A DNA stretch of 64,000 nucleotides from Octopus bimaculoides (lineage: Eukaryota): positions 10,970,944 to 11,034,943 of the forward strand of contig NC_068987.1 of the NCBI RefSeq assembly GCF_001194135.2, in the 5' to 3' direction. Numbering within the stretch: the first letter of the stretch is position 1; each line of letters begins with the position of its first letter. Below are positions 36,178 to 49,850 of the stretch, piece by piece. The notes below the pieces were generated by a model, which was given only the letters and a program-made list of their open reading frames with translations, was not told where the DNA came from and ran no database searches. A program made the translations under genes and the position numbers.

Positions 36178-36322
36178 AAAATACACTAAATGCACTAACT
36201 TTGTTTCAAATGATTTTGAAAATAATGAAAATTTTAGTAAAAATCACTTTTGCCCTTATTTAGCTGATGCTTGAGAACATAAATTCACATAAAATTTCAT
36301 TGGAAATTTATTTTAAATCACT

Positions 36323-36546
36323 TTAATCCTTTAGCATTTAAACCAGCCATATGAGACCCAGATATTTTACCTGTTTTATGCTCAAACTGGCCAGGTCCTG
36401 CTTCTCACACCTACTCTACAATGTCATTCTAAAAATAAACAATCACATCATTGAAATGTCAGAGGTGTAAGATAATACATAATTAATTTAAAACAATGAA
36501 AATAAATAAGTATGACATATGACAGAGAAATCTGAGTGCTAAAGGG
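36323..36546 (-). mobile_element. MITE family E, near full length; other copies at 36845-37010, 37596-37689, 43439-43629, 63952-64000
   Basis: ttaatcctttagcatttaaacc...aatctgagtgctaaaggg; TIR consensus ccctttagcatt with TTAA flanks where intact. Confidence 0.8.
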
Positions 36547-38696
36547 AAGTTTATTTCATAGAACTGGGGAAGTGGTTCCAATAAGGTCCGTATCAAAAAC
36601 GTGCTTAATTGATTTTTTTTTTTTATTGACCCAGGATGGATGAAAGTCTAAGTTGATCTTGATTGGATTAAAACTGCGGGATATTTTTTCCAGTGCTCTA
36701 ACAATTCTACAATTGTTTTTTTTTTCTGTTACCATTTAGTGGTGGAACAGAGAGGAAGAATCCATGATACATAAACTGTTACTGTGACTAAATNNNNNNN
36801 NNNGGGGGGGGGGGGAGACTGCTCACTTTGGGAACCACTGCTTTAAATTAATCATGCATTATCTTGTAGTTTCAAATTTCAGGGATGTGATTGTTTATTC
36901 TTAAAATGACATTGTAGCATAGGTGTGAGAGGCTGGATCTGGCCTGTTTAAATATAAAGCAATTAGAATTTTGAGGCCAGATATGGCCTGTTTAAATGCT
37001 AAAGGATTAAACACAATGTTTTTATCATATAAACAGGGGCAGTCTGAGGTAAGTTGGTATCAAAGAAGTTAAGCCAGGTAAAGAAGTTAAACCCAGGCTT
37101 CTGTTAAATTCCTCTAATGATTCTGATGGGTTACAGCAGAGGTTCTCAAACCTTAGGGGGCCACCGCCTCCCCACTATTAGCCACATAATACCCTCAGCA
37201 CCCCACCCCTATTTTTATGTATAAATATTTTATATTTTGCTAATTTATATATCCTATGAATCATTTGACATTTAATATAATATTTGTGGCACTCCGTCAG
37301 TTATGACGACGAAGGTTCCAGTTGATCCGATCAATAGAACAGCCTGCTCGTGAAATTAACGTTCAAGTGGCTGAGTACTCCACAGACATGTGTATCCTTA
37401 ACGTAGTTCTCGGGGAGATTCAGCGTAGCACAGAGTGTGACAAGGCTGGCCCTTTGAATTACAGGTACAACAGAAACAGGAAGAAAGAGTAAGAGAAAGT
37501 TGTGGTGAAAGAGTACAGCAAGGTTCACCACCATCTCCTGCCAGAGCCTCGTAGAGCTTTAGGTGTTTTTGCTCAATAAACACCCACAACACCTAAGAGG
37601 TTAGATTGGGTCAGGATCTAGCCAGTTTGAACATAAAACAGGCAGAATATCTGGGCTGGATATGGCCAATTTGAATGCTAAAGGTTTAAGTGAAGAAAAT
37701 TCAAGTTTGGATATGTAAAAGATGCATGGTTCTATCTAATAAGAGATTTTTTAAATTTTTTGTTATTTTGGTTATTAACAAAATGAGATGATAAATTATT
37801 AATCTGTTAAATATTCAGTTTATATAGATTGAGCATAATTTAATAAAATATTCTTTTACTTGCAAAACACGCCAAACAGAATAATGTGCAGAAAAATGTA
37901 GTGTCTTTTGCTGTTGTTTTTAAAATCACTAGCACTTTTAATTAATTAATTAATTAACTTGATTTCCCCCCAAACTTTTATTTCTGAAGGGAATTTGCCT
38001 GAGGACACGGACAGATGTTTCCTTGTATGTCTCCTTTTAACAAAGCAGAATTCATTTTTCTGCACAAATATTTCCTCTTTTCTCTCTTCTCTTGCGTTTG
38101 CGTGAGTTGACGATGATGGCTGACAAAATTTTTTGGTGAATATCAGAGAATTGTCTGCTGTTTTCCCTTCAAGTGAACTTCAGCTCAATTCTCCTCCACA
38201 CTGCTCCCTATTAAGTCAAGCTAATATATTCCCAACCTTCCTTACTCTTTTTCACCCCCACCAGTAAAATCTCTTATTGCTTCAAATGCCAATGATATTA
38301 TTATTTTTTTTTTTCTTCTTTTTAGCAAATTAGCAGCATGCATGTATAATACTAGGCAGTGTGTATCAGCTTATATTTAACAAATATCTTTTTTAAAAAT
38401 GTTTAAGATGATGGATTCTATTTATTTATTTCATGTATTTATTATTTTTCTTTTTCCTCCTTTGAATTCTTAACAAAATTATAATAGAAAGCTAGAATTA
38501 TTTGGAATATTCCTTGTTATAGTTCCCTGGGGCACTGAAATAAAGTATCTCCAATATGAACTGTTGTTTATCTGTTTCTGAATCCTCCGTCTTTGAACAT
38601 CTAAATCTAAGTTTCTCCTTCCCTGAAGCCATTTTACTATCTGTGATCCATGCTTATTGATAATGTTCATTCCATATATTTATCTATTCAAATGCT

Positions 38697-38746
<50 letters not shown>

Positions 38747-38801
38747 TATTAATAATGACAATAAGAACAAGAAAGTCACGCAATAAAGATATTTTACTGT
38801 C

Positions 38802-38841
<40 letters not shown>

Positions 38842-39702
38842 TACACAAGCGTGTGGGTTTTTTTTTTTTTTGTTCTTTGAGAACATTTCGAATAACATGT
38901 ATCCTCTTTCGTAGAGTTAAGAGAAAACACAAGTAATTGCCAGATTCTTAAAAAAGTATCTTAAAAATCCCTTTCCTCCTTCCTACTTCGCAATCAAGAA
39001 AATAAACTCCTTTGGCTTTAATTCCCCGACATGAGACGAAAAGTCTACTTATACATACATACATACATGCATTTATTTATATATATATGTATGTATATAT
39101 GTATATCTATATATGTGTATCTATATATGTATAAGTATATATGTATATATATATATGTATATNNNNNNNNNNNNNNNNNNNNNNNNNTATATATATATAT
39201 GTATGTATATTTTTGCTCGGAAATATAAATTTCAGGCTTATGTTTTGTTTTTTCTGACCCTGTCTCAACTTGTTCATGAGAAAAATCTGGCAGATATTAC
39301 AGGGTACTTCTAATGCAAAGCATGGTTTGTAATTATCATTTGTCACTAGCTTAAACTTGGTGGTGGTGGTGGGGGGGGGGATTCAATCTTTTGTTTTTTT
39401 TCATTTGTTATTTCTCTCTGTCTTTATTCATCATTATTCATTCGGAGGTTGTTGTTTTTTTCTTCCCCATATTTGTTTATCTGTTGTAGATATCGTTATT
39501 TAGGGAATTCTTTATTTCATATTCATCATATTTTTAATTGCTTGGTTATTTTTAGAATTTCATTCAAAAATTTCGAGAATTTTACTGTAAACAAGAATTG
39601 AAATAAATTTAGTTTGTATATTGTGGTATAGAATATGTTGCTGTTAGAGTTTTAACCATCACTATATATAGAATGGTGTAAAAACTTCGTCTCTTAGCTA
39701 GA

Positions 39703-39788
<86 letters not shown>

Positions 39789-39791
<3 letters not shown>

Positions 39792-40160
39792 GCACAGGTG
39801 TGGCTGTGTGGTAAGAAGCCTGCTTCCCAACCACATGGTTTCAGGTTCAGTCCCACTGCGTGACACCTTGGGCAAGTGTCATTTGCTATAGCCTCGGTCC
39901 AACGAAAGCCTTGTGAGTGGATTTGGTAGATGGAAACTTAAAGAAGCCTGTTATATATATATATGTTTGTGTGTCTATGTTTGTCCCCCCCTCCTTTGAC
40001 AACTGATGTTGGTGTGTTTACGTCCCTGTAACTTAGCGGTTCGGCAAAAGAGACTGATAGAATAAGTACTAGGCTTACAAAAAATAAGTCCTGGGGTTGA
40101 TTTGTTCGACTAAAAGTCGGTGCTCTAGCATGGCCACAGTCAAATGACTGAAACAAAAAG
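39789..40160 (+). mobile_element. Family A SINE, full length
   Basis: ataggcacaggtgtggctgtgtgg...cagtcaaatgactgaaacaa. Confidence 0.9.
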
Positions 40161-40844
40161 AATATATACACTCACCCCCACACATACATACACACACACA
40201 CACACACACATATATATACATACACACACAGATATATATAGACAGATGCAAACACTTCACCGTTTAACCAGAACTACCTTCATCATCATTGTTTTAATGT
40301 AGAAGACACTTGCCCAAGGTGATCCTGAACCTAGAACCATGTGGTGCTAAAGGTTAAATAGGATACTCAGTTGATGAAGTCCCAGCACAGGATTGAAACT
40401 AGTCTGGCTGTCCCTCTTATTATATCCCCTAAAATATTGTATATAAGGACAAGGTATTTACACACAACATTAGCTAAAAGTTTAGAGATATATTATGTTA
40501 TAAAATAAAGCATTGAAGTAAAATATTATTAACAAACTACTAATTTATTAATCAAATTAATTGCGAAGAATGAATTATATACATAAATTGGGTCATCTAA
40601 TTTACTTAAATCTCTTAAATTTTAAACAGTATTTCCATGAACGGTAAAGTGGATATTTAGTCACTAATCACTAATGAAGTTCCAACGGATTGAAACTAAT
40701 ACATAACAGATTAAAACTAATGTAACAACTCTTTTTTCTTTTTCTTTTTTTTTTTTGCTCTCTGTACATACAAGGTTGGCTTAAAATCTATTGATATATT
40801 TTATATAGATATACATCTATTTATCTATAGATATATTTTATTCA

Positions 40845-40912
40845 TTTCAAAGCTATAATCGGCCATAAAATATATCTATAGATATATTTTATAGCTGAGT
40901 ATAGCTTTGAAA
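40845..40912. repeat. 68-bp near-perfect palindrome (34-bp arms, 3 mismatches, no loop)
   Basis: tttcaaagctataatcggccataaaatatatcta|tagatatattttatagctgagtatagctttgaaa. Confidence 0.95.
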
Positions 40913-41107
40913 CGTAATATACCAATAAGTTTTCAATATAATATTATATATTCTCAAGGCGGGGAACTGGCAGAATTGTTACTGCACTGGAAAAATTTCT
41001 TTGTGACTTTTCTTCTGACTATGTGTTCTGAGTTCAAATGGTGCTGGGGGGTTGACTTTGCCCTTCGTCCTTTCGGGGTTTTTAAAAAGAAATTTTTATT
41101 ATTTTTT

Positions 41108-42045
41108 GCTTCAGTCATTGACTGTGGCCATGCTGGAGCACTGTCTTGAGCAAATCGACCCCAGGACTTATTCTTTGTAAGCCTAGTACTTATTCTATCG
41201 GTATCTTTTGCCGAACCGCTAAGTTACGGGGACGTAAATACACCACCATCGGTTGTCAAGTGATGTTGGGGGGACAAACACAGACACACAAACACACACA
41301 CACACACATACACACATACATATATATATACATATATATGATGGGCTTCTTTCAGTTTCCGTCTACCAAATCCACTCACAAGGCTTTGGTTGGCCTGAGG
41401 CTGTAGTAGAACACACTTGCACAAGGTGCCACGCAGTGGGACTGAACCCAGAACCATGTGGTTGGGAAGCAAGCTACTTACCACACAGCCACTTCTGCGC
41501 CTAAGTACCAGTTGAACACTGGGGTCGATGTAATCGATTTCCCCCCCCCCTCCATAGTTGCTGGCCTTGTGCCAAAATTTGAAACCAATGTAATATTGTA
41601 TTGTACTTGTAGATATTGTGTCATTTGAACCACTACTGGATTTTGGGAACTTAAATGCAGGCGTGGCTGTGTGGTAAGAAGCTTGCTTCCCAACCACATG
41701 GTTCTGGGTTCAGTCCCACTGTGTGGCACCTTAGGCAAAGTGTCTTCTACTAAAGCCTCGGGCCGGAAACTGAAAGAAGCCCGTCATGTATATATGTATA
41801 TCATCATTATCATCATCACTGTATGCTTTTTGTCTGTTCTTGCCCCCCCCCCACCACCACCACTTGACAACCAGTGTTGATGTGTTTAAATCTCCAAAAC
41901 ATAGCAGTTTGGCAAAAGAGGCCAATAAAATAAATACCAGGCTTTAAAAAAAAAAAGCCATTGGTTCAGTTGTCCAACTAAAGAGAAACCCTTCAAGGTG
42001 GTGCTCTGGCATGGCCACAATCAAATGACTGAAACAAGTAAAAGG
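41108..42045. mobile_element. Head-to-head family A pair (41108-41500 minus, nested in a family C copy; 41657-42045 plus)
   Basis: Family C breaks at ...cctttcggggtt and resumes as aagtaccagttg after the minus-strand A copy. Confidence 0.85.
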
Positions 42046-42326
42046 TTAAAAAAAAAACGATAAAAAGTATCTGGGATTCTATAAACTTAAGCTTGTCAGA
42101 ATTTTCTTGCAAATCCTATCATAAAAGCATTAATTTTTAAATGTATTTGCTTTGTCTTATCCTGGATGAAAATAGTCTGCCCTCTCTTAATTGTTACCAT
42201 ATGCTCCATGAAATTTTCAGATTCCTTTTAGAAAACATTGCTTGACATTCTACATAATTTTTAGCTCATCTGAATTATGAATGCCTGTGATTAATTCCCA
42301 TGATATACAGAAATGTTTACACTTAC

Positions 42327-42379
42327 CATAATTTCTTCCAAATACTTTACTAGTCTTATTGTCTTTCTCAGTTGCCTGC
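42327..42379 (-). CDS. Candidate 53-nt exon (RQLRKTIRLVKYLEEIM or RQATEKDNKTSKVFGRNY)
   Basis: Long minus-strand pyrimidine tract upstream; donor atg|gtaagt; no homology recognised. Confidence 0.2.
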
Positions 42380-43161
42380 CTTTTAGTTCCAATGTTGTGT
42401 GGAGAGGAAAAAAAAATAATAAAAACAAAAAAGAAAGAATAACTTCTCAAAATCCCATGAGTGATGCTTGATTAGATTAATCATAGGCAAGATTTGGAAG
42501 TTTATAAATCATATCCTAAAACTGGTGATGGGAGATATATTGCAGAGTTTATCTTTATGAAACCTGATGGGATTCCATTGAAATTGTTATGTAACTCTAT
42601 GTCAAAGCAAAAACAATAATGGAGTGGTTGGAATTTCTGTGGAGTGGAAGCTCTTTTCTTGTACAATAACAAAGGTAGAATGGAGCAATATTTCTTCTGT
42701 GATTTGCTTAGTATGGATGCTGTTAACCCTTGCTGTGTTGGTTAAAGTTTTTCAGAGCAGCATTCATTGCCAGAGCAGCTGTCTGGCTTCCGTGGTAGTG
42801 GCCCGTAAATAGCACCATTAGAGCGTAATTGTTACCAGCGTTGTCTTCTAGCACTTGTGCTGGTGGCACGTTAGAAAATCATTCGAGCAAGGTCGTTGCC
42901 AGTGCCGCTGGACTGGCTCCTGTGCAGGTGGCACGTAAAAAACACCTTTTTGAGTGTGGCCATTACCCGTACCGTGTGACTGGCCCTCGTGCTGGTGGCA
43001 CATAAAAGCACCCACTATACTCTCGGAGTGGTTGGTGTTAAGAAGGGCACCCAGTTGTAGAAACTCTGCCAGATCAGATTGGAGCCTGGTGCAGCCTTCT
43101 GGCTTGCCAGTCCTCAGTCAAATCATCCAACCTATGCTAGCATGGAAAGCGGGTGTTAAAC

Positions 43162-43228
<67 letters not shown>

Positions 43229-44409
43229 TTGTACAAATGTGATATGTTAATCATATGCAAATTAGTTCTCACAACCTCTTTTTATTGACTAGTAAAAGTG
43301 AAATGTGTGCACTATGTCATATGAAATATGAAGAATTTTGGAAAATACCCTACTATCAAAAATAAGCGACCTCGGTTCCTTTATCTCAAATGCACATGCA
43401 CAGAACTGGGGTTTTGTATGGTTCCTGCATAGTCAGGGTCAACCCTTTAGCATTCAGATTACTGTCAAATGCATTGCTTATTTATTCACCTTATTTTGAA
43501 TTAATCACACATTATTTCATAGCCTCAAGATTTCAATGATGTGACAGGATATTTTGTGACAGGATAGAATGACACTGTAAGTTAGGCACAAAAGGCCAGA
43601 TAGGGCCAGTTTAAATGCTAAATGGTTAATGATAGTGACCAGAAAAGCATTTAGGCTACCAACACCAGAATCTAAGTCTGTTAAATGATAGATTTTAATA
43701 TTTTCCACTTATTATTTCACACATATATGCATTTACATTTTGAAGAGGAGGCGTAAAAGAAGGTATTTCATATAAATTAATGACGGCAATCATTTGATTA
43801 TTGTAGCCAATTATATATTTAATGTCAAAATATATCAACTGATGTCAGTTGGTTGCTTTCAGACAACCGAATATTATTTTTGGACTCTGGTTTCTTCTGC
43901 ATTTCAAAGTGCGTCATCATAACAAGTCTATAAGTAGTGCATGTTCTATTTCGTACAACTGACAAACTTCAGAGAGAATCTCTCTTTCTTTTTTCTTTAA
44001 TTTGCTACAGAAAGGGAGTGGAGGGGAGAGGATGCTGTTAGGAAAGGGTTGGGGTGACTGGAAATCGAAGTAACATTTTGGTTCACATGAGGGAAAAGGA
44101 ATCCAAGGGGTCCGTAGGTAAAAAAAAATGGTTGAGGACCACTGATTTAGAGAATATAAAACGGAATGGAGAAGTGTATATTATTTCAAAGTTTTTGTAT
44201 TAAAACCTTAGTAAACCAATTGTCGAATACAATAAGACCCATTAGTGGTTAGGGTATTTGTCTCACAATCATAAGGCCATGAGTTCAATTCCCAGCAGCA
44301 CATTCTATCCTTGAACATGACACTTTATTTCACATTGCTTCAGTCTACTCGGGTGACAAAAATGAGTTGTACCTGTAATTTGTTTTCCTCTTTGTTGAAT
44401 GCTTCCTTT

Positions 44410-44690
44410 ATGGTGATGCCATAGATGACTCTGTAGACCAGTTCTTTCATAAAAGAGCCAATGACATTGACCATGGGGTTCCCTCTCCAAAGATACACGG
44501 ACCAACTCAAAGCAACACTGAAAGCTACTGGAATTGAGCCTAAATCATTTGAAACAGAAGCCCAAGGCCATGCTAAGTGGTGATGTTCCATCACCATCGG
44601 AACCAAATGCTTCAAAGCCACCAGAAGAAGAAAGGAAAAAATGAAACAACAGGAGAGAAAAAGCCTCAACGAAATCAACCTCGTCTTCCA
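44410..44690 (+). mobile_element. Second, divergent RTE-clade LINE fragment (ORF C-terminus)
   Basis: QRYTDQLKATLKATGIEPKSFETEAQGHAKW*CSITIGTKCFKATRRRKEK resembles the RTE/BovB RYKDQLK...WE..A.DR..WR tail. Confidence 0.7.
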
Positions 44691-45058
44691 CCAACAGATA
44701 GGATAATGGTAAATGCCAAAGAGTTAAGCCATGAAAAGAAGTTAAGTTTGAAGCTAGTAATTTGTATCACTTAGTGCTTTTAGAAGATGGTAGCTTAGTG
44801 AATTAGTGCTGCAGTTTAACTGGTGGCTACCAGTTCATTCTTTGGCTCAGTGAACTTGTGTGTATATTACTGTGGTTTAAGTGCAGCGAGCAAGCAGCAT
44901 CACATAGATGAGAGCGTTCTGGATATCGTTTGATATCTTGTCAAGGTAAAGAGTTATGTTTCACATCAGAAGGATGGGAAAATATTTGTAAATGTCTGTT
45001 TGTAGGAAGTCAAATTTATAATCGTTAATATGAGGAGTAACTGTCACTCTCTGTCACT

Positions 45059-45094
<36 letters not shown>

Positions 45095-45809
45095 TCTTGA
45101 GTTGATGTTGTGTAATTGTTGCAAATGAATGTCATTCATTTCCAATCTTCGGTGGAAACATGTCTGGCCATGGGGAAATATTACTTTGCTGAGAAACAAG
45201 TGAGGGTTGGCATCAAGAAAGGGTGCCTGGCCATAGAAAATCTTCCTCACTAAACTTTATATTTGACCTATCGTATCATGCAAGCATGGGAAAATAGATA
45301 TTTAAATGATATACATTTTGGTAGATATTTAAAGGATATATGTTTTGGTGTGTTTATGTCCCCTGTAACTTATTGGTTTGGCAAAAAGAGACTGATGGAA
45401 TAAGTCTAGGTTTGACTAAAATTCTCTTCAAGGTGGTACCCCAGCATGGCTGTTGTCTAATGAGCGAAACAAGTAAAANNNNNNNNNNNNNNNNNNNNNN
45501 NNNNNNNNNNNNNNNNNNNNNNNNNNNNNNNNNNNNNNNNNNNNNNNNNNNNNNNNNNNNNNNNNNNNNNNNNNNNNNNNNNNNNNNNNNNNNNNNNNNN
45601 NNNNNNNNNNNNNNNNNNNNNNNNNNNNNNNNNNNNNNNNNNNNNNNNNNNNNNNNNNNNNNNNNNNNNNNNNNNNNNNNNNNNNNNNNNNNNNNNNNNN
45701 NNNNNNNNNNNNNNNNNNNNNNNNNNNNNNNNNNNNNNNNNNNNNNNNNNNNNNNNNNNNNNNNNNNNNNNNNNNNNNNNNNNNNNNNNNNNNNNNNNNN
45801 NNNNNNNNN

Positions 45810-45863
<54 letters not shown>

Positions 45864-46386
45864 TACACACACACACACACATACATGCATGTGCATACAC
45901 ATATAAATACTTTGGTGCCTCTTGGTACTTTCCACTGTTTTCCCACCTTGCTATTGCAATGTCGCATTCTTTAAATCTAAAGCGTAACACCGAAATGAAA
46001 CATCTTAACGAGTTACACAGTGGTGCAAATAATTAACTCGCCAGATACAACCGTTGTTTTGTGTTATCATTTCGAGCTGTCATAATTGAATAGGTCCGTC
46101 AATGAAATAGAACAGCAGATGGTCAAGTTGAGGAGTTAGCCGTGCAAATCATATCACTTCCAAGACAACAATTAAGTTGTTGTTGTTGCTGTTGTCATTG
46201 CTTCACCCCTGGTCAGCGCCAATCAAAGATATCTGTAATTAAAGACGCCCCAGCTGTGACTATTCTATGTTTTTTGTTTCTTTCTTTTTCACATATCAGA
46301 GACTACATTGTTTACTAAAGTGCAGTTTGGAGGAACATTTGGATGTTATTTCTAGTAGGTACAGTAGTTGGTGATGACTTATAAAC

Positions 46387-46552
46387 ATAGGCGTAGGAGT
46401 GGCTGTGTGGTAAGTACCTTGCTTACGAACCACGTGGTTCCGGGTTCAGTTCCACTGTGTGGCACCTTGGGCAAGTGTCTTCTACTATAGCCTCGGGCCG
46501 ACCAAAGCCTTGTGAGTGGATTTGGTAGACGGAAACTGAAAGAAGCCCGTCG

Positions 46553-46587
<35 letters not shown>

Positions 46588-46780
46588 ATGTGTATGTGTG
46601 TGTATATGTTTGTGTGTCTGTGTTTGTCCCCCCAATATCACTTGACAACCGATGCTGGTGTGTTTACGTCCCCGTAACTTAGCAGTTCAGCAAAAGAGAC
46701 CAATAGAATAAGTACTAAGCTTACAAAGAATGAGTCCTGGGGTTGATTTGCTTGATTAAAGGTGGTGCTCCAGCATGGCC
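46387..46780 (+). mobile_element. Family A SINE, young full-length copy
   Basis: Close to consensus across head, core, microsatellite and tail. Confidence 0.9.
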
Positions 46781-47162
46781 TCTGGTATTTGAGTACTCTT
46801 TCTTCCACCTTGTTGCACATTTATGTGCTTACTCTGGTATACATATATATATATATTTTGTTTAGAAGTTGCTGGAAATGAATAAGCATGTTTGAGCATT
46901 TTGGTATTTTAGCTAATACTGTTGTGGTGCTAATCATTTTGGGATTTTCTTTTTTCTTTTTTTCTTTTTTTGCCTCTAGAAGTATGTCCCTAATTTCAGT
47001 TGGGTTTACAGCTCATTTTCTTGTTGTTTACCAGAAACCTAGAAACAAAAATAACAAGCTCTATAATAATGTCTGACAATTTGTAATTAGTTATTTCTTA
47101 ATGAAAGCAAGACTACCAAATAAGTAAGATTTTATTTACAATGCTAAAAATACACATGCACG

Positions 47163-47196
<34 letters not shown>

Positions 47197-47628
47197 CACT
47201 CACACATACATACACATATACACACACACTAATACAAAAGATTTTGCTTATAAATATTGTTAGTTTGTTAGAATTTGTTGAATACTAAAATTTTTTTTAT
47301 TATTAACAACAATTATTTTACTTTTCTATAATGATAGCTTAGATTTTTTTCCTTTTTCCTGCAATTAAAAAGAAAGAGGACAAACAAAAGTGTGTAACAC
47401 TTTACTATATATTTTAGTTCACTATTTTCATGCTGTTTTAAATGCAGCTATTTTTAATATTAAAAAGTAAATGCATTAAAAATGACTATGTATATCTCTT
47501 GTGTTTTTCCACTCATATTGATTTTCTGTGTTTGTGAATAGAAAATCCATTCTATACATAAATACTAGCTATTTATTAAATCTCCAATGTGAAATGCAGT
47601 TTTAACAACTTTAAGACAAAATAATATT

Positions 47629-47686
<58 letters not shown>

Positions 47687-48489
47687 GTAATAATGATCAC
47701 AATGAAAAAAGACACTCTACCAAAAAGAAAAAGAAAAGATGATAAATAAAATATATAATGGGGTGGCTATATAAAAAAGAAAAGTACATAGAAGCAGCTG
47801 AATAGATAAAGATGCTTGTTCTGAATGAAATGATCAATTAATTCTAACTTCAGGGGGTCTATTTAATATTTGCTGCTAAGTTTTCAGATTTGGCAAATTA
47901 TTAACTTTGATATCTTCTCTCTCTTTGTATGTCTGTTCTTGCTTGTACATTTTAGAGAGAGCGTAAGAGAGAGAGAGAGAGAGAGAGAGATACACACACA
48001 CGGTGAGTATTATTATGTTCAGAAAGTTAGAAATTATAGAATGATATATTGTTCTTTCCACCTACTTGAGAATGTGGTGCCTTCACCCTTTGTGTAGGTT
48101 AGATCGAGACATAAAGACAAAAATAATGAACTGTCTGGTTGTGAGTGAATATAAAACTGAAATATTCTTCGAAGTTGGTATCGTCTTGTGTTCTTGTTCA
48201 TATTTTGCATTCAATGATTAAAGGAAAAAAAAAAAAATGCTAAAAAAGATAAATAAATCTGCCAAAGCATGGAAGTTTTCTTAATTANNNNNNNNNNNNN
48301 NNNNNNNNNNNNNNNNNNNNNNNNNNNNNNNNNNNNNNNNNNNNNNNNNNNNNNNNNNNNNNNNNNNNNNNNNNNNNNNNNNNNNNNNNNNNNNNNNNNN
48401 NNNNNNNNNNNNNNNNNNNNNNNNNNNNNNNNNNNNNCCCAATCTCACTCCCACAAGCACGTATATGCTGGGTTTTTTTTTTTATATAG

Positions 48490-48527
48490 GAACAGAAGTT
48501 CTTGGCAAGTTCCAAATGACCGCAATG
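48490..48527 (+). CDS. Candidate 38-nt exon (TEVLGKFQMTAM or NRSSWQVPNDRN)
   Basis: Acceptor tttttttttttatatag|, donor atg|gtaatt; no homology recognised. Confidence 0.2.
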
Positions 48528-48993
48528 GTAATTGTCACTGAACAGGCAAAGTTACACCAAAACACTGGTTATGATAGTCTACAGATATCAGTTGTAGCAT
48601 GTTGTGTTAATACACAAAATCTCTAAGGAAAAGTTGTGTATGAAGACTAAATCCCACAGTGTGAACTGTTCCATGGTTGTGTGTACATGAAGATATAAAT
48701 GATGTATACATCATTATTTCAATCTCTGGTGCTTCAAGTATTACACCGATTTACTGCCACAAATAATATTAATTAAACCTTACTCATTCTGGACTTTTAT
48801 AGAGCCTTCATTTTTACAGTTACTACACGTGTGTGTGTGTGTGAGGTATAGATATATTTATAGATATATATATATATATACATATATAACATACCTATAA
48901 GAGGGATGACCACTAGGTGAACATCCAATATGCTAAATGTAGACCCCATATGGTCTGACCACTAAGAAAAAAAATTTTAATTTATATACTTAT

Positions 48994-49850
48994 AGGCGCA
49001 GGAGTGGCTGTGTGGTAAGTAGCTTATCGGTCTCTTGTGCCGAACCGCTAAGTTACGGGGACGTAAACACACCACCATCAGTTGTCAAGCGATGTTGGGG
49101 GGGACAAACACAGATACACAACCATACACACACACACACACATATATATATGTATATATCTATATATATATATATCTGGCTCTTGTGCGGGTGGCACATA
49201 AAAGACACCATTTCGAGCGTGGCCGTTGCCAGTATCGCCTGACTGGCCTTTGAGCGGGTGACACGTAAAAGCACCTACTACACTCTCTGAATGGTTGGCG
49301 TTAGGAAGGGCATCCAGCTGTAGAAACTCTGCCAAATTTAGATTGGAGCCTGGTGTTGCCATCCAGTTTCACCAGTCCTCAGTCAAATCGTCCAACCCAT
49401 GCTAGCATGGAAAGCGGACGTTAAACGATGATGATGATGATATANNNNNNNNNNNNNNNNNNNNNNNNNNNNNNNNNNNNNNNNNNNNNNNNNNNNNNNN
49501 NNNNNNNNNNNNNNNNNNNNNNNNNNNNNNNNNNNNNNNNNNNNNNNNNNNNNNNNNNNNNNNNNNNNNNNNNNNNNNNNNNNNNNNNNNNNNNNNNNNN
49601 NNNNNNNNNNNNNNNNNNNNNNNATATACATATATACAACTGGCTTCTTTCAGTTTCCGCCGCCCCACCCCCAACATTGCTTGAAAACTGATGGTGGTGT
49701 GTTTACGTCCCCGTAACTTAGCAGTTCGGCAAAAAGAGACCGATAGAATAAGTGCTAGGCTTACAAAGAATAAGTCCTGGGGTCGATTTGCTCGACTAAA
49801 GGCAGTGCTCCAGCATGGCCGGAGTCAAATGACTGAAACAAGTAAAAGAG
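48994..49850. mobile_element. Rearranged family A SINE with an inverted interior and a nested RTE 3' end
   Basis: Head(+) joined to tail-1(-), microsatellite, RTE 3' end(+), gap, mid segment(-), then tail(+). Confidence 0.7.

Noticed and set aside
42480-42750. Protein-looking frame QDLEVYKSYPKTGDGRYIAEFIFMKPDG
   Set aside because: Weak acceptor, in-frame stop, no recognisable family; stretches of this length are expected by chance
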